From: Sphyrna mokarran
Lineage: Eukaryota
Length of the DNA: 64,000 nt
Assembly: GCA_024679065.1 (NCBI GenBank)
Contig: JAGIQG010000008.1
Location: forward strand, 97,216,001 to 97,280,000
Reading direction: 5' to 3'
Under the pieces are notes generated by a model. That model saw nothing but the letters and a program-made list of their open reading frames with translations, was not told the DNA's origin and did not search any database. Position 1 is the first letter of the stretch. Every line of letters starts with the position of its first letter. A program made the position numbers and the translations under genes. Below, in pieces: positions 27,111 through 40,043 of this stretch.

Positions 27111-28451
27111 GGCGAGCTGCTGTGATGTTTCATCCTATACTGTTTGAACATTTCAATCCTGTCGCCACAGTAAATTGTCACCGTTTTGCAACGACGATCT
27201 TGATATCTTCTTGGTGGTGAATAATATTTACTGAACCAAAGATGTTTCATGAACTGAGATTCTCCAGAACATTGTCTGTACTCCCAAACAACCCTGTGGT
27301 CAGAGCCTCAATTGATGTGAACGCATGTCACCGAATCTCTATTTACCATCGTGGAATCAATCCTTCTTCTTGTCTGTTAATCATTGCCAAGACCATTTTA
27401 TTTCTGTTGCATATCAGGGTTTGTTTGCTACCACAAGAACCAGAAATCCTTGAATTGTTGAGAAGGGTGAATTGCTGCGTTGTTGCAGGCGGCTGAAGGA
27501 CATAATATGGGAAGGCGGTGGTATTGTCTCTGGGACAACCAATCCAAAAGCACTCCATGGTGATCCTTGTAGTGTCCCTGGTTCAAATTCAACCTTGACA
27601 CGATGAAATTTGAATTCAATAAAAATGTTGCGATTGTCTTAAAGAAGCCACGGGGAAAAAAATCTTCTGTCCTTAACTCTTTCTTTTAGGGAAATATTTG
27701 GTCCTTACCAGGTCTGTTGATTCACAGTAAAGTGATTAACTCTTAACTGTCCACAGGGATGAGCAATGAATGTTGGCTCAAACCCCTAATAAATGAATTT
27801 TAAAAAATCAAAGTGATAGGAATAAATGAAGCAACTACAGAGGAATCAGTTTATTTCCAAAAGCATTCACGATGTAGTGATGATTCTAAAATGATATGAG
27901 GAAGATCAAGCTGTTTTTAGACCGGCGTGGAATGTCATATACAACAAAAGGCTCAATATTATAACAATGTCATGGATTTTAAGCAAATGTCAAGTTGTTT
28001 ATATAGCTTTGCTTTGACTTAATAAAATGTTTCAAGACACTTTACAAGAGTATTCTGAAAAAAAGCCTGATGCTGAGCCAGAAAAGGAGGCTCAGGTACT
28101 CACAAGCTTGGTCAAATGGTCTCAAGGAGTCTCTTCGAGGAAGCTTTAAGTGGTGATAAGAGACGCAGCGTGTCTTGAGGATGTGTGGCTAATCTGATAG
28201 AAAATGTAAAAGCAAAATATCAGGTGTGGTAGAATCTGAAAATATTCAGTCATACAGACTCAAAGTATTGGCAGCCAAAAAATGACTAAGTGTCAGAACG
28301 GTGCTGGTCTGTCTGGCGCCACAAGTTTGAAGTCCAAATGGACTTAAACCTGGTGTTTTCAGACTTCTTACTGTGTTTACCCCAGTCCAACATCGGCATC
28401 TCTGGCGCAGTCCAGGCTGCAAGTGTCTGATATTCAGTCATTATCTTTTGG

Positions 28452-29040
28452 AGCGGTGAATTGCGTGCTGGTTGTGGGAGGGGCGTGGACACGATGTTCA
28501 GCAAAGCTTCAAGGCGATCGGGCGCCATTTTGAAAGTGCGCCCCAATCTCAGATTACTGGAAGATTCCCCCCCTTCCCCCACAGACATCGTGATTCCACC
28601 CCCCCCCCATTCGACGGCAGCACTTTTTGCCACCCCCTTGCCGACATGGGTTGCCAGCATTGGAGCAGTGGAGTCCTCCCAATGGGTTCCGTTTCATGAC
28701 TGTCGACATGTCACCCCTTCATGACCCCTGGCATAATCACCACTTCATGCCCCACCCTTTCATGGTTTTCCCATCACGACCCTTCCCTTTACAACCCCCC
28801 TCGTCATAGCACCTCTCAGTTCCTTGATACTGTCGTTTGTACACTGCCAGTGTGTCAGATAGGCAATGCCCATCCATGTCCCCAACCACTCGAAGGCTCA
28901 ATGACCTCAGCCCCCTGGTAATGACCATCATGCCTGGTCTCTGCTGGTGGAGACCAGTAGTGATTCTCACCAAGCTCACAGTGTGCCCGAGAATCGAACG
29001 GGCTGAGCATATTTATAAATGCTATTTAAATACGCTAATC
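28452..29040. repeat. Unclassified GC-rich interspersed repeat (possibly a non-autonomous DNA transposon)
   Basis: GC/CpG-rich block sharing sequence with 9690-9910; no credible ORF. Confidence 0.45.
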
Positions 29041-29889
29041 GACCTGGAGCCCTTTCTGGGCGCGATCTGGTTTGTGCCTGTCAAAATAGACCAGGACGAT
29101 TGTTTGGCACCACTATCTTCCAGGGTCAGCACAATCTGCTCCAGGAGCAGCGGGGCCGTAGACTCTGCTTCTCTCTTCGTAGATGCTGCCAGATCCTCAG
29201 AGCTTTCTGAGCATTTTCTGATATAAAATGTAACAAAAGACTGAATGCTGTCAGCATAGATATGATGCTAAAGAAACTTTTCTGTCAGGTATTCTCCAGC
29301 TGTGGTGCAGGTAGTCTATAACTGTTTAGTTTATCTTATATATATTGATTATACATTAAGATTATATACATTGTAACCATGGTGCAACAGTGATGGAGAG
29401 GGTGGATACTTAGATCAATGGCAGGGACATTGTTCAAACGAACTGCTCTGACCTGTCTTCTTGTGTATTGTTATCACTGCAACCAGACAAGTAAATGATG
29501 AGAACATCCTTTCTTCCCTCTGCTGAGTTTGTCGGTAGTGGAGAGGATTTGAAGGATAAGATAAGCAATCAGTGTATTCAATATTTGCCTTGCTGTTGTA
29601 GTTAGTGTTGATATGATTAGGTCATTTTACTTCCAGTCAGTATGTTGATGGTGAGGACATAAAACATTAGCAGATGCAGGCCATTCAGCCCCTCTCAACT
29701 GTACTGCACATTTTTGTTTAGTTTCTTGTTCTCTGAACACTCCCTGTCATTTCTTCAACTCCCTGATTTGTTTTGTTTTGATTCTTTCCCTGTTGTACTC
29801 ACTAAAGTTTTTGCTATGTCCTGTAGGTTACTACTGTGCCTGTCTTAACATCATTTGCAAAAGGGGAAAGTAGTCTGGAGTATTGGAAA

Positions 29890-32800
29890 GATTTTTAAGG
29901 TGAGGGGGTGTAGATGCCGTCTGGGGGTCCTGAGCCCAGGGATGTGTGGGAATGTGGGGGTGTTGGGGAAGTTAGGGGCAGTCTGAGGCTCATGAAATTG
30001 CAGGGTGGGATGGGATAGTTAGGGCAGTGTGGGGCTCCTGAACCCGGGGTGGGAGGGGGGTTAGGAGTCTGGGGGTGCGGAGCTTGGGGTTGGAGGAGGA
30101 GGGCCTTTCTGGGGAAAGAGCTTGGAGTCGTTACTGGCTAGTGTTGAGCACATTCTCCCTGGCTGCTGAGGGAACCTCCGAGGCATCTCTCTATAACTAT
30201 AGACACCAACTCTCCCCTGCCCCACCCCATCCTTTCCCTGTCAGCTACATAGGCTTAGTGGCTGACTGCTGCAATTTCATCCTGGTAACCCCACTAACTC
30301 AAACAACAAGCAGCTTTCAGAGCTGCTGCTCCAGGCAAGGGAGCTTTGCAAGTGTAAACATGTATGAGGGCTCTTCACATGCCATGGACTCATCAGTGCT
30401 GCCCTCCACAGGAACCCATCCCATGAGGGTGTCCCTCTACCATCTGTATAAATTGCTAGCCATTCCTGAAAGCACTGCACCAGACATCCAAGTGGGTGCA
30501 CTTACGTCAATACTTCAAAGTTCCCAATACGGACCCCCACACAGTCATCCATATTCTCTTCGCACCCCCCATTACAAACGTGAAGTGACACTCGTCATTC
30601 CGTCCAGGTGGAGCATGGCATCATCTTTGGTGTTGGCTTGCCACCATTCACACTCAATTGAGGCAAGAGTTGTTAGGATGGAATGGAGGTGCTGGAATGG
30701 CAAACCTATTGGAATTCATCTCTCTCTCTCTCTTCACCCAACCACCCCTCCATCCAACCGCCCCCATCTTCCAGAACAATGATGGACTTCACCAGGGAGC
30801 CCATTGACCTGATGGTGATTCTTGTGGCTGCTGCTGTGGAAGAGGACGAGGAGAAGAAGGAGGAAGTAAATGCACTGCAAGGCCAACCCAGGCCAGAGGA
30901 TGCAGCAGGAGAGGGAGGTGCTGATTGGACGCAAAAGCCGGGGGAGGGGAGGTGGGGAAGTAGGCCACAGAGGAGACAGAGACTCCAGCGGTTCAGGACA
31001 TGCATGTCCTTCAATGAGCTAACAACTGACTATCTGTGTCGCCGTATGCTCTGTCTCAGCCAGGAGATGATTTGGCACCTGTATCATGTCCTTGTAGGTT
31101 TGATACCTTGAGGGACAGGGGGATACCTGGCCGGAAAAATGTAGAAGAGAGTTATAGGATAAAAGGTAAAACTATACGGAGCACAGAGACACAGAGAGAC
31201 TTGGGGGTGCAGGTTCACAAGTCTCTGAAGGTGTCCTCACAGGTGGAGAAGGTGATAAAGAAGGCGCATAGTATGTTAGCTTTCATAGACAAGGGTATAG
31301 AATACAAGAGTAGGAGTTTGATGTTGCAGTTGTATAGAACTTTGGTTAGGCCTCACTTGGAATACTGCGCCCAGTTCTGGTCTCCGTACTATCGGAAGGA
31401 TGTGGAGTCCTTGGAGAGAGGGCAGAGGAGGTTTACCAGGATGCTGCCTGGTATGGAAGGACTGTCTTATGAGGAATGATTAGATAGACTGGGGTTGTTT
31501 TCCCTTGAAAGACGTCGGCTTAGAGGGATCTCATAGAGGTGTATAAGATTATAAGGGGTATAGATAGAGTAAATGGGGGTAAACTTTTTCCACCTTCAGA
31601 AATGGATAGGACGAGGGGTCATGGCCTTAGGGTGAGGGGGGCTATGTATAAGACAAATATTGGAGGGCAGTTTTTCACACAAAGGGTAGCGGGGGTGTGG
31701 AATGCACTGCCGAGTAAGGTGGTGGGAGCAGGCACGCTAGGGCTGTTTAAGGGTCTCTTGGACAGCCACATGAGCGGTATGCAGATAGAGGGATATAGTA
31801 GGACTATTTAACTATGGCTTTTTTTCCACAGGTAATTCGGTCCATACTTGACCAACATTGAGCATGCATTCGGTAGGTGGTGCGGGTACAGCTCTTGGAT
31901 GTTGATTCATGGGTTGCCTGGTACCTCATGTCGTATATGAGTGCTTTATGTGGACCACCTGAAGGGCACCAGGACAGCTCAGAGACTATCGATGTGGCTG
32001 TGCAGACACTTGGAATTGGGCCGGTGTCTGCGGGAGTTTGCGCGTTCTCCCCGTGGTTGTGTGGGTTTTCTCCGGGCACTCCGGTTTCCTCCCACAACCC
32101 AAACATTCGCTCTTAGGCTGATTGGGAAACAAATTGTCCCTATGGTGAGAATTTTCCATATTAGGAATAATATATATATTATTATATAGGAATATTAAAA
32201 TAGGACAATGGATTTGCTACTATATAGTATGACGGCGGCGCGGGCTCGTTGGGCCGAAGGGCCTGTTTCCCGTGCTGTGTTGCTTAAAAAAAAAAATACC
32301 TGCTCATGATGGTGGTGAAGGTTACAGCAGCCTTCAACTTGTACATCACCATGTCCTTTGAGGCTGTGAGCAGGGACTCTGTGGGACCTCCTAATGACCG
32401 AGATGTCAAATATGTAGGGGATAATCAATTGCATGCATGTTGCCCTGTAGTCCTCACAACACCAGGTATCATGGTTTGTGAACAAGAAAGGATTCAGACA
32501 TGTATGATGTACATTCTGTGGTCACAAACCAGCTGAATGTTTATGCACGATCCTCAGGTAGCATGCATGACAGCTTCACCTTGGGGGAGCTCTGAGAACC
32601 AGTCCAAGCTGTTGATGGTAGCTGGGGGACAAGGGTAATCCACTAAGGACTTCATTGATGAAACCAGCACGAGGCCTGAGACCAAGGTGAAGGTCCAATA
32701 CAATGAGGTGCATGCTGCCACCGGCCCATTATAGAGCGGTGCATTAGGCTCCTAAAGATGCATTCCGTTGCTTGGACCTCTCTGGTGGGGCCTTCTGGTA

Positions 32801-34450
32801 CTGTCCCCTGACAGACTCCTGCATCATGGTTCTACTGCATGCTCCACAACCTGGTGCAGCAGCGAGGAGATTTCTTGGAGAAAGAGGCAACCAGCCCTGA
32901 GGAGTAGGCAGCCCAGAAAGATGGGAAGGAGAAGAATGGCTGAGGAGGACAGGCGGCGAGTGGCAAGGGTCTGGCAGGACAGAGCGACGAGGGAGGTGCC
33001 CATTGCCACAAGGTTTTCGGACCATGGAGTGTCACTGACAAACCTTACCTTTTTACCTCCAATTGCCTGCAACCTTTCCCCCCGCTAACCTTTTTCATTC
33101 TTCCATGCAATGCAATGATAACATTGGAGTGATAGCCTGTGTTGGCCATGTTAGTGAGTTACTGATCTAGGCAGGGTGGGTGATGACGACTTGCTATGCC
33201 ACACAGTGTGATTTTGCCCTGATGCAAAACATGTCTGATTCCTATCTGATCTCTGCATGCACATTGACGCCTAGGGGTTGGGGTTGGGGCACAGTGGGAA
33301 TTAGAAGGTTGTGGCACACTCCCAGAATCCATAGTGTTTCTGAGATACCATGCCAGTTTGTGCAACCTAGTGGGTGCGGGACACCCGCAGCTGATACTGT
33401 TCGTTCTGAGTGCTTTGATTCCACAGCATTACTGCTGTGGAATCCACAGGCTCTTGGATTTGGTGATTGCATTACTGGTGGACCAATGCATAATGATGTT
33501 CGAAACCCCTGTGGATCAGGTTGGGGTACGGTCATCCCTGTTAGAGGATAATCACAGACATATTAATCACAGCTGTGGGGCGCAATAACGTTTATTGGTG
33601 AAACTAATGGTGCAATAACTTGAGGTGCTGATTGTTAACAATGTTATAAATTGGTTGGAGATGACCATTGATAGTGCCTAATGTCCTCAACCTAACTGGC
33701 ACCGTCTTTCACCCATGCCCTCTTGGTGACCCTGCAACTTCTTTATCTTACGTGACCTAGCGCTATGTTGTCTCCTTAGGATTCACATGGAGGCAGTCAG
33801 CTGAGTTCCATACCCTATTGTCTGGGATGCCTTTGGATAGAATCCCTTGGAGAGCCAGGAACTGTAGGATCTTGACCGACTTTCTGGTAATATGGACATA
33901 TCCATATCCACTTTTTTCATCCCATTGCTCTTGAGATGCACCGGTGTCAGGAAACGAGAGTCGTAAGGTCTTGCAATGACCTGAGTTTCTTGGGTGGAAA
34001 GCCCTGGCACAGGCTCCAGCCTTCCTCTTTCTTCGGGTTTCAAAGGCCCCTGGGATGTCGGAGCAACTGGACTGAACTCCAGAAGTGCCAACATGCAAGC
34101 CCTCAATGATGGTCCTTGGAATCGGGGCCAACACCTTGCTGCAGGCAGTAGGTACCTCCTGAGATTGAGCCAAGCTCAACAGCCTCTCAGTGTGTTCCAT
34201 TAGTGACTGGCCATACTCTCAAGGCCCACAACCCCATAGCCCTCTTTGTCTTGGCCATAACTGGTTGAGTCTCCAGAATGCTCCTGAGCTCCTCAGCCAT
34301 GGACCACAATGACTCAGAAGGGTCCTAAGGCCCTCAGCCATGGCTCGTAGGAAGTCTCTATAGGCCACTGTGACTCAGCTGTGGCCAGTTGTAACTCAGC
34401 AGTGGCTCACTGTGAATCGGCCATGTCTTGAATGCTGCTGCTGATGGCAA
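29890..34450 (+). mobile_element. Decayed PIF/Harbinger DNA transposon; transposase about 30780-33010 interrupted by a CR1, probable second ORF on the minus strand about 33740-34430
   Basis: Joining across the CR1 gives P*GTGGYLLMMVVKVTAAFNLY; later GSMHDSF, LGDKGNPL, YNEVHAAT, IERCIRLLKM, FRCLD (HARBI1-type DDE motifs). Outer boundaries approximate. Confidence 0.8.
31130..32295 (+). mobile_element. Young 5'-truncated CR1 with SINE-like 3' UTR and 7-bp target-site duplication
   Basis: RT C-terminus; ATACCTG at 31123-31129 and 32296-32302; oligo-A tail. Confidence 0.93.
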
Positions 34451-34811
34451 CCATTTCTTGCCCCAGGCTTACAACTACAGAGAATATTTGGCTCAAAATC
34501 GATGAGCTAGAGTCTGAGCGTCAGCTACTGCAAAGCACGAGGGAGGGAGAGATTTACCTGAGCACTTTATTCCTACAGGCAGTCAGAACCCTTGAATTAA
34601 GTAAATCCGGTTAAATCTGCAGTCAGGGATAGGAGAGTGTGACTCAGTGAGGCAGGATACAGACGGTAGCACCGAAGGAGCTTCAGGCTACTTTTTTAAC
34701 AGCTTTGAAATTCTTTGATTTGAGTTGATTTATTATTGTCACATGTATTGGGATAAAGTGAAAAGTATCGTTTCTTGCACGCTGTTCAGAGAAAACATAC
34801 CATTCATATAT

Positions 34812-35048
34812 GACGTGGGAGGAGCGTGGGCACATCATAAACATTATAATATAGCTATTGCGCTCAGGAATTGTTGGAAGTCCTTGTTATGGGTAATATA
34901 GCGAATGCACTGTTTTCTACACTACCAAAGTAAATAGGCTGACAAATGCTGTGCCTTTTTAATGCCTTTTGACAATCCATATATACAATGGGTACAGCAT
35001 TTTCTGATTGAGATAGATTGATTTTTTCTATATGGTATTGACCTTCAG
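34812..35048 (+). repeat. Direct repeat copy 1 (about 235 bp); copy 2 at 36351-36578
   Basis: acgtgggaggagcg...tatggtattgaccttca occurs twice with few differences. Confidence 0.9.
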
Positions 35049-35089
35049 TATCCCACTCAGAGTCATGACAGACAATTCTTGGCAATATG

Positions 35090-35432
35090 GGGCAGCATGG
35101 CAGCATAATGGTTAGCAATGCTGCCTTACAGCTCTAGGAACCTGGGTTTGATTCCTGGCTTGGGTCACCGTATATGCGGAGTTTGCACATTCTTCATTTG
35201 TCAATGTGGGTTTCCTCCGGATGCTCCAGTTTCCTCCCACACTCAAAGATTTGCAGGTTAGATGCATTGGCCATGCTAAATTGCCCCATAGTGTTCCGAG
35301 ATGCGTAGGTTAGAGGGATTGAGGGGTAAATATGTGGTGTTTGCGAGGATAAGGCCTAGGTGGGATTGTCGATGCAGGCTTAATGGGCCAAATGGCCTTC
35401 TTCTGCATTGTAGAGTTTCTATGATTTCTGAT
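35090..35432 (+). mobile_element. tRNA-derived V-domain SINE (HE1-like)
   Basis: GGGCAGCATGG...GGTTAGCAATGCTGCC head, V core, tail. Confidence 0.85.
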
Positions 35433-35539
35433 TCATTACTGGTGAACTTTGCAATTTTGCACGCACATGGAAGTTTGAGCATATCATGAACAGTTAATTC
35501 AGTTAAACCATTTGGTGAAGTGGGCAGTTAGCTCAGTAA

Positions 35540-36230
35540 ACATCTTCTAAAGAAATGTTACGGGATTGCACAAACCCCCCCATGCTGCACTCCACAGCCT
35601 GCAAAATCCACTACGACTGGACCTACTCTCATCAGCACAACAACCTTTTACAGGTACAGCAGAACCATGATTTCCAATGTTAAAGCTCTGCTGCAGTCTA
35701 AACTCGAAACCAATGTGAATGATTCCTTCCTGTAATGCAGATCAAGAAACCCCCAGGCTTGGTCTTCTAACACCAGGTCAAAAGGTCAAGATTCACTCTA
35801 CATATGACTATCATCACTAGGCGGGGATTCACAGTAATGCTTACAGCCGAAAAGTTGCGATGTAGTCTCAGATGATGCCCACTATGTATGCAATCGGGGT
35901 CAATTCTGCAAGTAGTAGAACCAGCACCAATTTATAGCACAGCACTTCAGTCATCTGGCCTATGGCGCCCGCCCCCTGCACCACGGATATGTAGATTCCT
36001 GCAGCGGCCAATGCAGTGAATCCTGCACCTAATAAACACACGGATAAAACATCCTGTGTTGCTAACAGTGAGGACGCGAGTCATAAAAGGCCAGCAGCAC
36101 CACCAACTGGTGTAATCACACGCTCAGGGAGCCTGAGCAAGCTGAACACAAGATTTTATGACTTTTTTTTACCGCAGACTTTTGAATTTCAGTATTTACT
36201 TGCAACAGAAAAACGGGACAGGGGTAGAGA
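35540..36230 (+). mobile_element. Ty3/gypsy integrase C-terminal remnant
   Basis: PKSCDVV...YVCNR and VITRSGSLSKLNTRFYDF resemble gypsy PRSY..RNR and TRSGR motifs; a purine-rich tract follows. Confidence 0.55.
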
Positions 36231-36779
36231 GGCGATACAATGCTCTGTACATAATTTCGTATTTCACTGCTATATCTCATGTCATCAACTAAACAGGAAA
36301 AGTGTAGACCGAGTGGTCATGTGAAAACGTAATGGCATACAAAAGATTTCACGTGGGAGGAGCGCGGGCACATCATAAACATTATAATATTGAGCTCAGG
36401 AATTGTTGCAAGTCCTCGTTATGGGTAATATAGCGAATGCACTGTTTTCTACACTACCAAAGTGAATAGGCTGACAACTGCTGTGCCTTTTTAATGCCTT
36501 TTGACAATCCATATATACAACGGGTACAGCATTTTCTGATTGATATAGTTTGATTTTTTCTATATGGTATTGACCTTCATGAACAACTAAATAAATAACA
36601 AACTGTTCACTTCCAAATGTATACCTTATGTGATTTTTAAAGGAAAAGTTATAAAATCTGATAAATCAAATATTGAGGGCAAATATATATAATAAATTAG
36701 ATATTTATGTATTTAATTTTATGAATCAATTTATTAGCTTGGCCTGTGTTTGTTTTTCATATACCTTTATCATCCTCAG

Positions 36780-37195
36780 AAAGCCCACCAATGCTCCAAT
36801 TTCTCAGGAAACTAAGGAAATTTGATATGTCCACTGCAACTCTTATAAGTTTTACAGTTACATTATAGAAAGCAACCTTTCTGGAAGTTTTGCAACTTGG
36901 TAAGGCTCCTGCTCTGACCAAGACTGTAAAAAACTGCAAAGGGTTTTGCACATAGCCCAAACCATCAAGCAAACAAGCTTGCCATCTATTAACTTTGTCC
37001 GCAGTTGCCACTGCCTCAGAAAAGCAATCAGCATAAGCAAGGACCCATGTACCCCAGACATATTTTCTTCTCCCTTCTTCCATTGGGAAAAAGATACAAA
37101 AGTCACCTACCAACCGACTCAAGAACAGTTTCTACCTTACTGCCATCAGACTTTTGAATGGACCCACCATATATCAAGTTGATCTTTCTCTGCCC
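36780..37195 (+). mobile_element. LINE RT C-terminal fragment (L2/Rex-Babar-like)
   Basis: FLRKLRKF, CLRKAISISKDP and RLKNSF remnants. Confidence 0.6.
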
Positions 37196-37199
37196 CCTA

Positions 37200-37485
37200 A
37201 AGTTTAAAGTTTATTTATTATTGTCACAAGTCGTCTTATATTAACACTGCAATGAAGATATTGTAAAAATCCACTAGTCACCACGCTCCAGCACCTCTTC
37301 AGCTACACTGGAGGGAGAATTTAGCTTGGCTAACGCACTTAATCAGCAAATCTTTTGGTAGTGTGGGAGGAAACCCATGCAGAAACGAGGAAAATGTGCC
37401 GACTCTATACAGATGGTGACCCAAGCCAGGAATGGAATCCAAGTTCCCGGCACTGTGATGCTGCAGTACGGACCACTGTGCCACT
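37200..37485 (-). mobile_element. V-domain SINE
   Basis: Same structure as 12365-12652 and 59312-59608 (tail aaagtttatttatta on the plus strand). Confidence 0.75.
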
Positions 37486-37819
37486 TTTAAATGGACCAAC
37501 CTCACCTTAGTTGGTCTTTCTCTTACGCCTGTGACACTATATTCTGCACTCCCTCCCTATGAACGGTACACCTTGTCTGTATAGCATGCAAGAAAGAATA
37601 CTATTCATTGTATGTTAACAATGTGACAATAAAAATCAAATCACTATAACACTACATTGTGCACCGTCTCCGTTCCTTCTCCCCCGTGTACTCCATAAAC
37701 AATATGCTTTGTCTATATAATGTGCAATAAACAATACTTTTCACTGTATCCCAATATGTGTGACAATAAAAAAATCAAACCACTTGTTTGTAAGAGAAGC
37801 AGGAAGGCAGAGGCAACTA

Positions 37820-38160
37820 GCATCCGGCGAAAGTGAAACAGGGCTTAGCGGAGTCCCTTCCTGCTTCTGGAACCGAGCGACCGAGAGAGTGACGGGGGGA
37901 CCTATGGGCCGAACTGGCAGCTGGTGGCCGTTTCTGGCCGTGCTGATGATTCTGGCACCGCTTTCAGGTGAAGGACGAGACGGGCGTCGCAGGCGGGGAA
38001 CGGGAGGGAGCGCACATTCCGGCGGATTGGGCCCAGCGCGGCGCGGGGCAAACCGAAACCGCACTCCGATCAGGGTGGGGTTTGTACTGGGGACTCTTGT
38101 TGATGATTCCCCGGGGCTGCAGATTAAGGACAGGGGCTGAGGAGGTTGAAGTGAAAGCCA
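37820..38160 (+). promoter_or_regulatory. CpG-rich promoter/first-exon region of gene B with IRF/ISRE-like motifs
   Basis: Dense CpG; GAAAGTGAAAC at 37829-37839, AAACCGAAAC at about 38050, AAGTGAAAG at about 38149. Confidence 0.6.
37904..37967 (+). CDS. Gene B exon 1: signal peptide
   Basis: MGRTGSWWPFLAVLMILAPLS then G|GTGAAG; 64 nt, phase 1, inside a CpG-rich island. Confidence 0.8.
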
Positions 38161-38426
38161 CAAATATTGAGTTCACCCTGATAGGGTCATTCGGCCTATA
38201 GTGACTGGTACAGCCCTTCCGGTTAGCCTCACTATCTACTCATTCAGCCCCTTTTCCCCAACAGATTTTCCCTACCCCTCCCCATTCAACTATTTAGCCA
38301 GTTTCCTTTGGAAAGTTATTATTGGGTCAATTTCAATGTCGTTTGTAGTTTCAAGGTTAGAGGATTCCCAGAGTTGTTTTTCCCCTTTCCAAAAGGGTTG
38401 TTAGTTTGATCTCCCCACCTTTGATC

Positions 38427-40043
38427 TTTTTTTTTATTAATTATTAAGCAACACGGCATGGGAAACAGGCCCTTCGGCCCAACGAGCCCACGCCGCCGTC
38501 ATACCAAATAGTAGCAAATACATTATCCTATTTTAATATTCCTATATAATAATATATATATTATTCCTAATATGGAAAATTTTCACCATAGGGACAATTT
38601 GTTACCCAATCAGCCTAAGAGCGAATTTTTGGGTTGTGGGAGGAAACCGGAGTGCCCGGAGAAAACCCACGCAACCACGGGGAGAACGCGCAAACTCCCG
38701 CAGACACCGGCCCAATTCCAAGTGTCTGCACAGCCACATCGATAGTCTCTGAGCTGTCATGGTGCCCTTCAGATGGTCCACATAAAGCACTCATTTACGA
38801 CATGAGGTACCAGGCAACCCATGAATCAACATCCAAGAGCTGTACCCGCACCACCTGCCGAATGCGTGCTCAAATTATGGACCGAATTACCTGTGGAAAA
38901 AAGCCGTAGTTAAACAGTCCTAATATATCCCTCTATCTGCATACCGCTCATGTGGCTGTCCAAGAGACCCTTAAACAGCCCCAGCGTGCCTGCTCCCACC
39001 ACCTTACTCGGCAGTGCATTCCACACCCCCACTACCCTTTGTGTGAAAAACTGCCCTCTAATATTCGTCCTATACATAGCCCCCCTCACCCTATGGCCAT
39101 GACCTCTCGTCCTATCCATTTCTAAAGGTGGAAAAAGTTTACCTCCATTTACTCTATCTATACCCCTTATAATCTTATACACCTCTATGAGATCCCCTCT
39201 AAGCCGACGTCTTTCAAGGGAAAACAACCCCAGTCTATCTAATCGTTCCTCATAAGACAGTCCTTCCATACCAGGCAGCATCCTGGTAAACCTCCTCTGC
39301 ACTCTCTCCAAGGACTCCACATCCTTCCGATAGTACGGCGACCAGAACTGGGCGCAGTATTCCAAGTGAGGCCTAACCAAAGTTGTATACAACTGCAACA
39401 TCAAACTCCTACTCTTGTATTCTATACCCTTTTCTATGAAAGCTAACATACTATACGCCTTCTTTATCACCTTCTCCACCTGTGAGGACACCTTCAGAGA
39501 CTTGTGAACCTGCACCCCCAAGTCTCTCTGCGTCTCTATGCTCCGTATAGTTTTACCTTTTATCCTATAACTCTCTTCTACATTTTTCCGGCCAAAATGC
39601 ATCACCTCGCATTTATCCGGATTAAATTCCATTTGCCATCTATCTGCCCAGTCTACCAACCTGTCTATGTCCTGTTGTATTGCCTGACACTGCTCTTCTG
39701 TACCCGCCAATCCAAGCATCTTGGTGTCATCAGCAAATTTGCTGATCTCACCACCTACCCCTACTTCCAAGTCGTTTATGTAGACCACAAATAGAAGAGG
39801 ACCTAGTACTGAGCCTTGTGGCACTCCACTAGTGACAGGCTTCCAGCCGGAAAAAGAGCCTTCCACTACTACCCTCTGTCTCCTCCTCCCGAGCCAGTTT
39901 TCGACCCATCTACATACCCGACCCTGTATCCCATGCGCCTTCACCTTCTCTATCAGTCTACCATGAGGAACCTTGTCAAACGCCTTACTGAAATCCATGT
40001 AGACGACATCAACAGCCTGTCCTTCATCAACTGTTTTTGTCAC
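38427..40043 (-). mobile_element. Young 5'-truncated CR1 with an uninterrupted 377-codon RT frame and SINE-like 3' UTR
   Basis: ORF 38910-40043: [30 protein letters not shown]; near-identical to 31130-32295. Confidence 0.95.

Noticed and set aside
29890-30110. G-run-rich tract with quadruplex potential
   Set aside because: Probably the subterminal region of the transposon; no evidence of function.
30075-30782. 235-aa ORF
   Set aside because: No recognisable domain; lies in the Harbinger element's non-coding region; GTG start.
38910-40043. 377-aa reverse transcriptase ORF as a host gene or novel RT system
   Set aside because: It is a 5'-truncated CR1 ORF2 with a GTG start, a LINE 3' UTR and a near-identical sibling at 31130.
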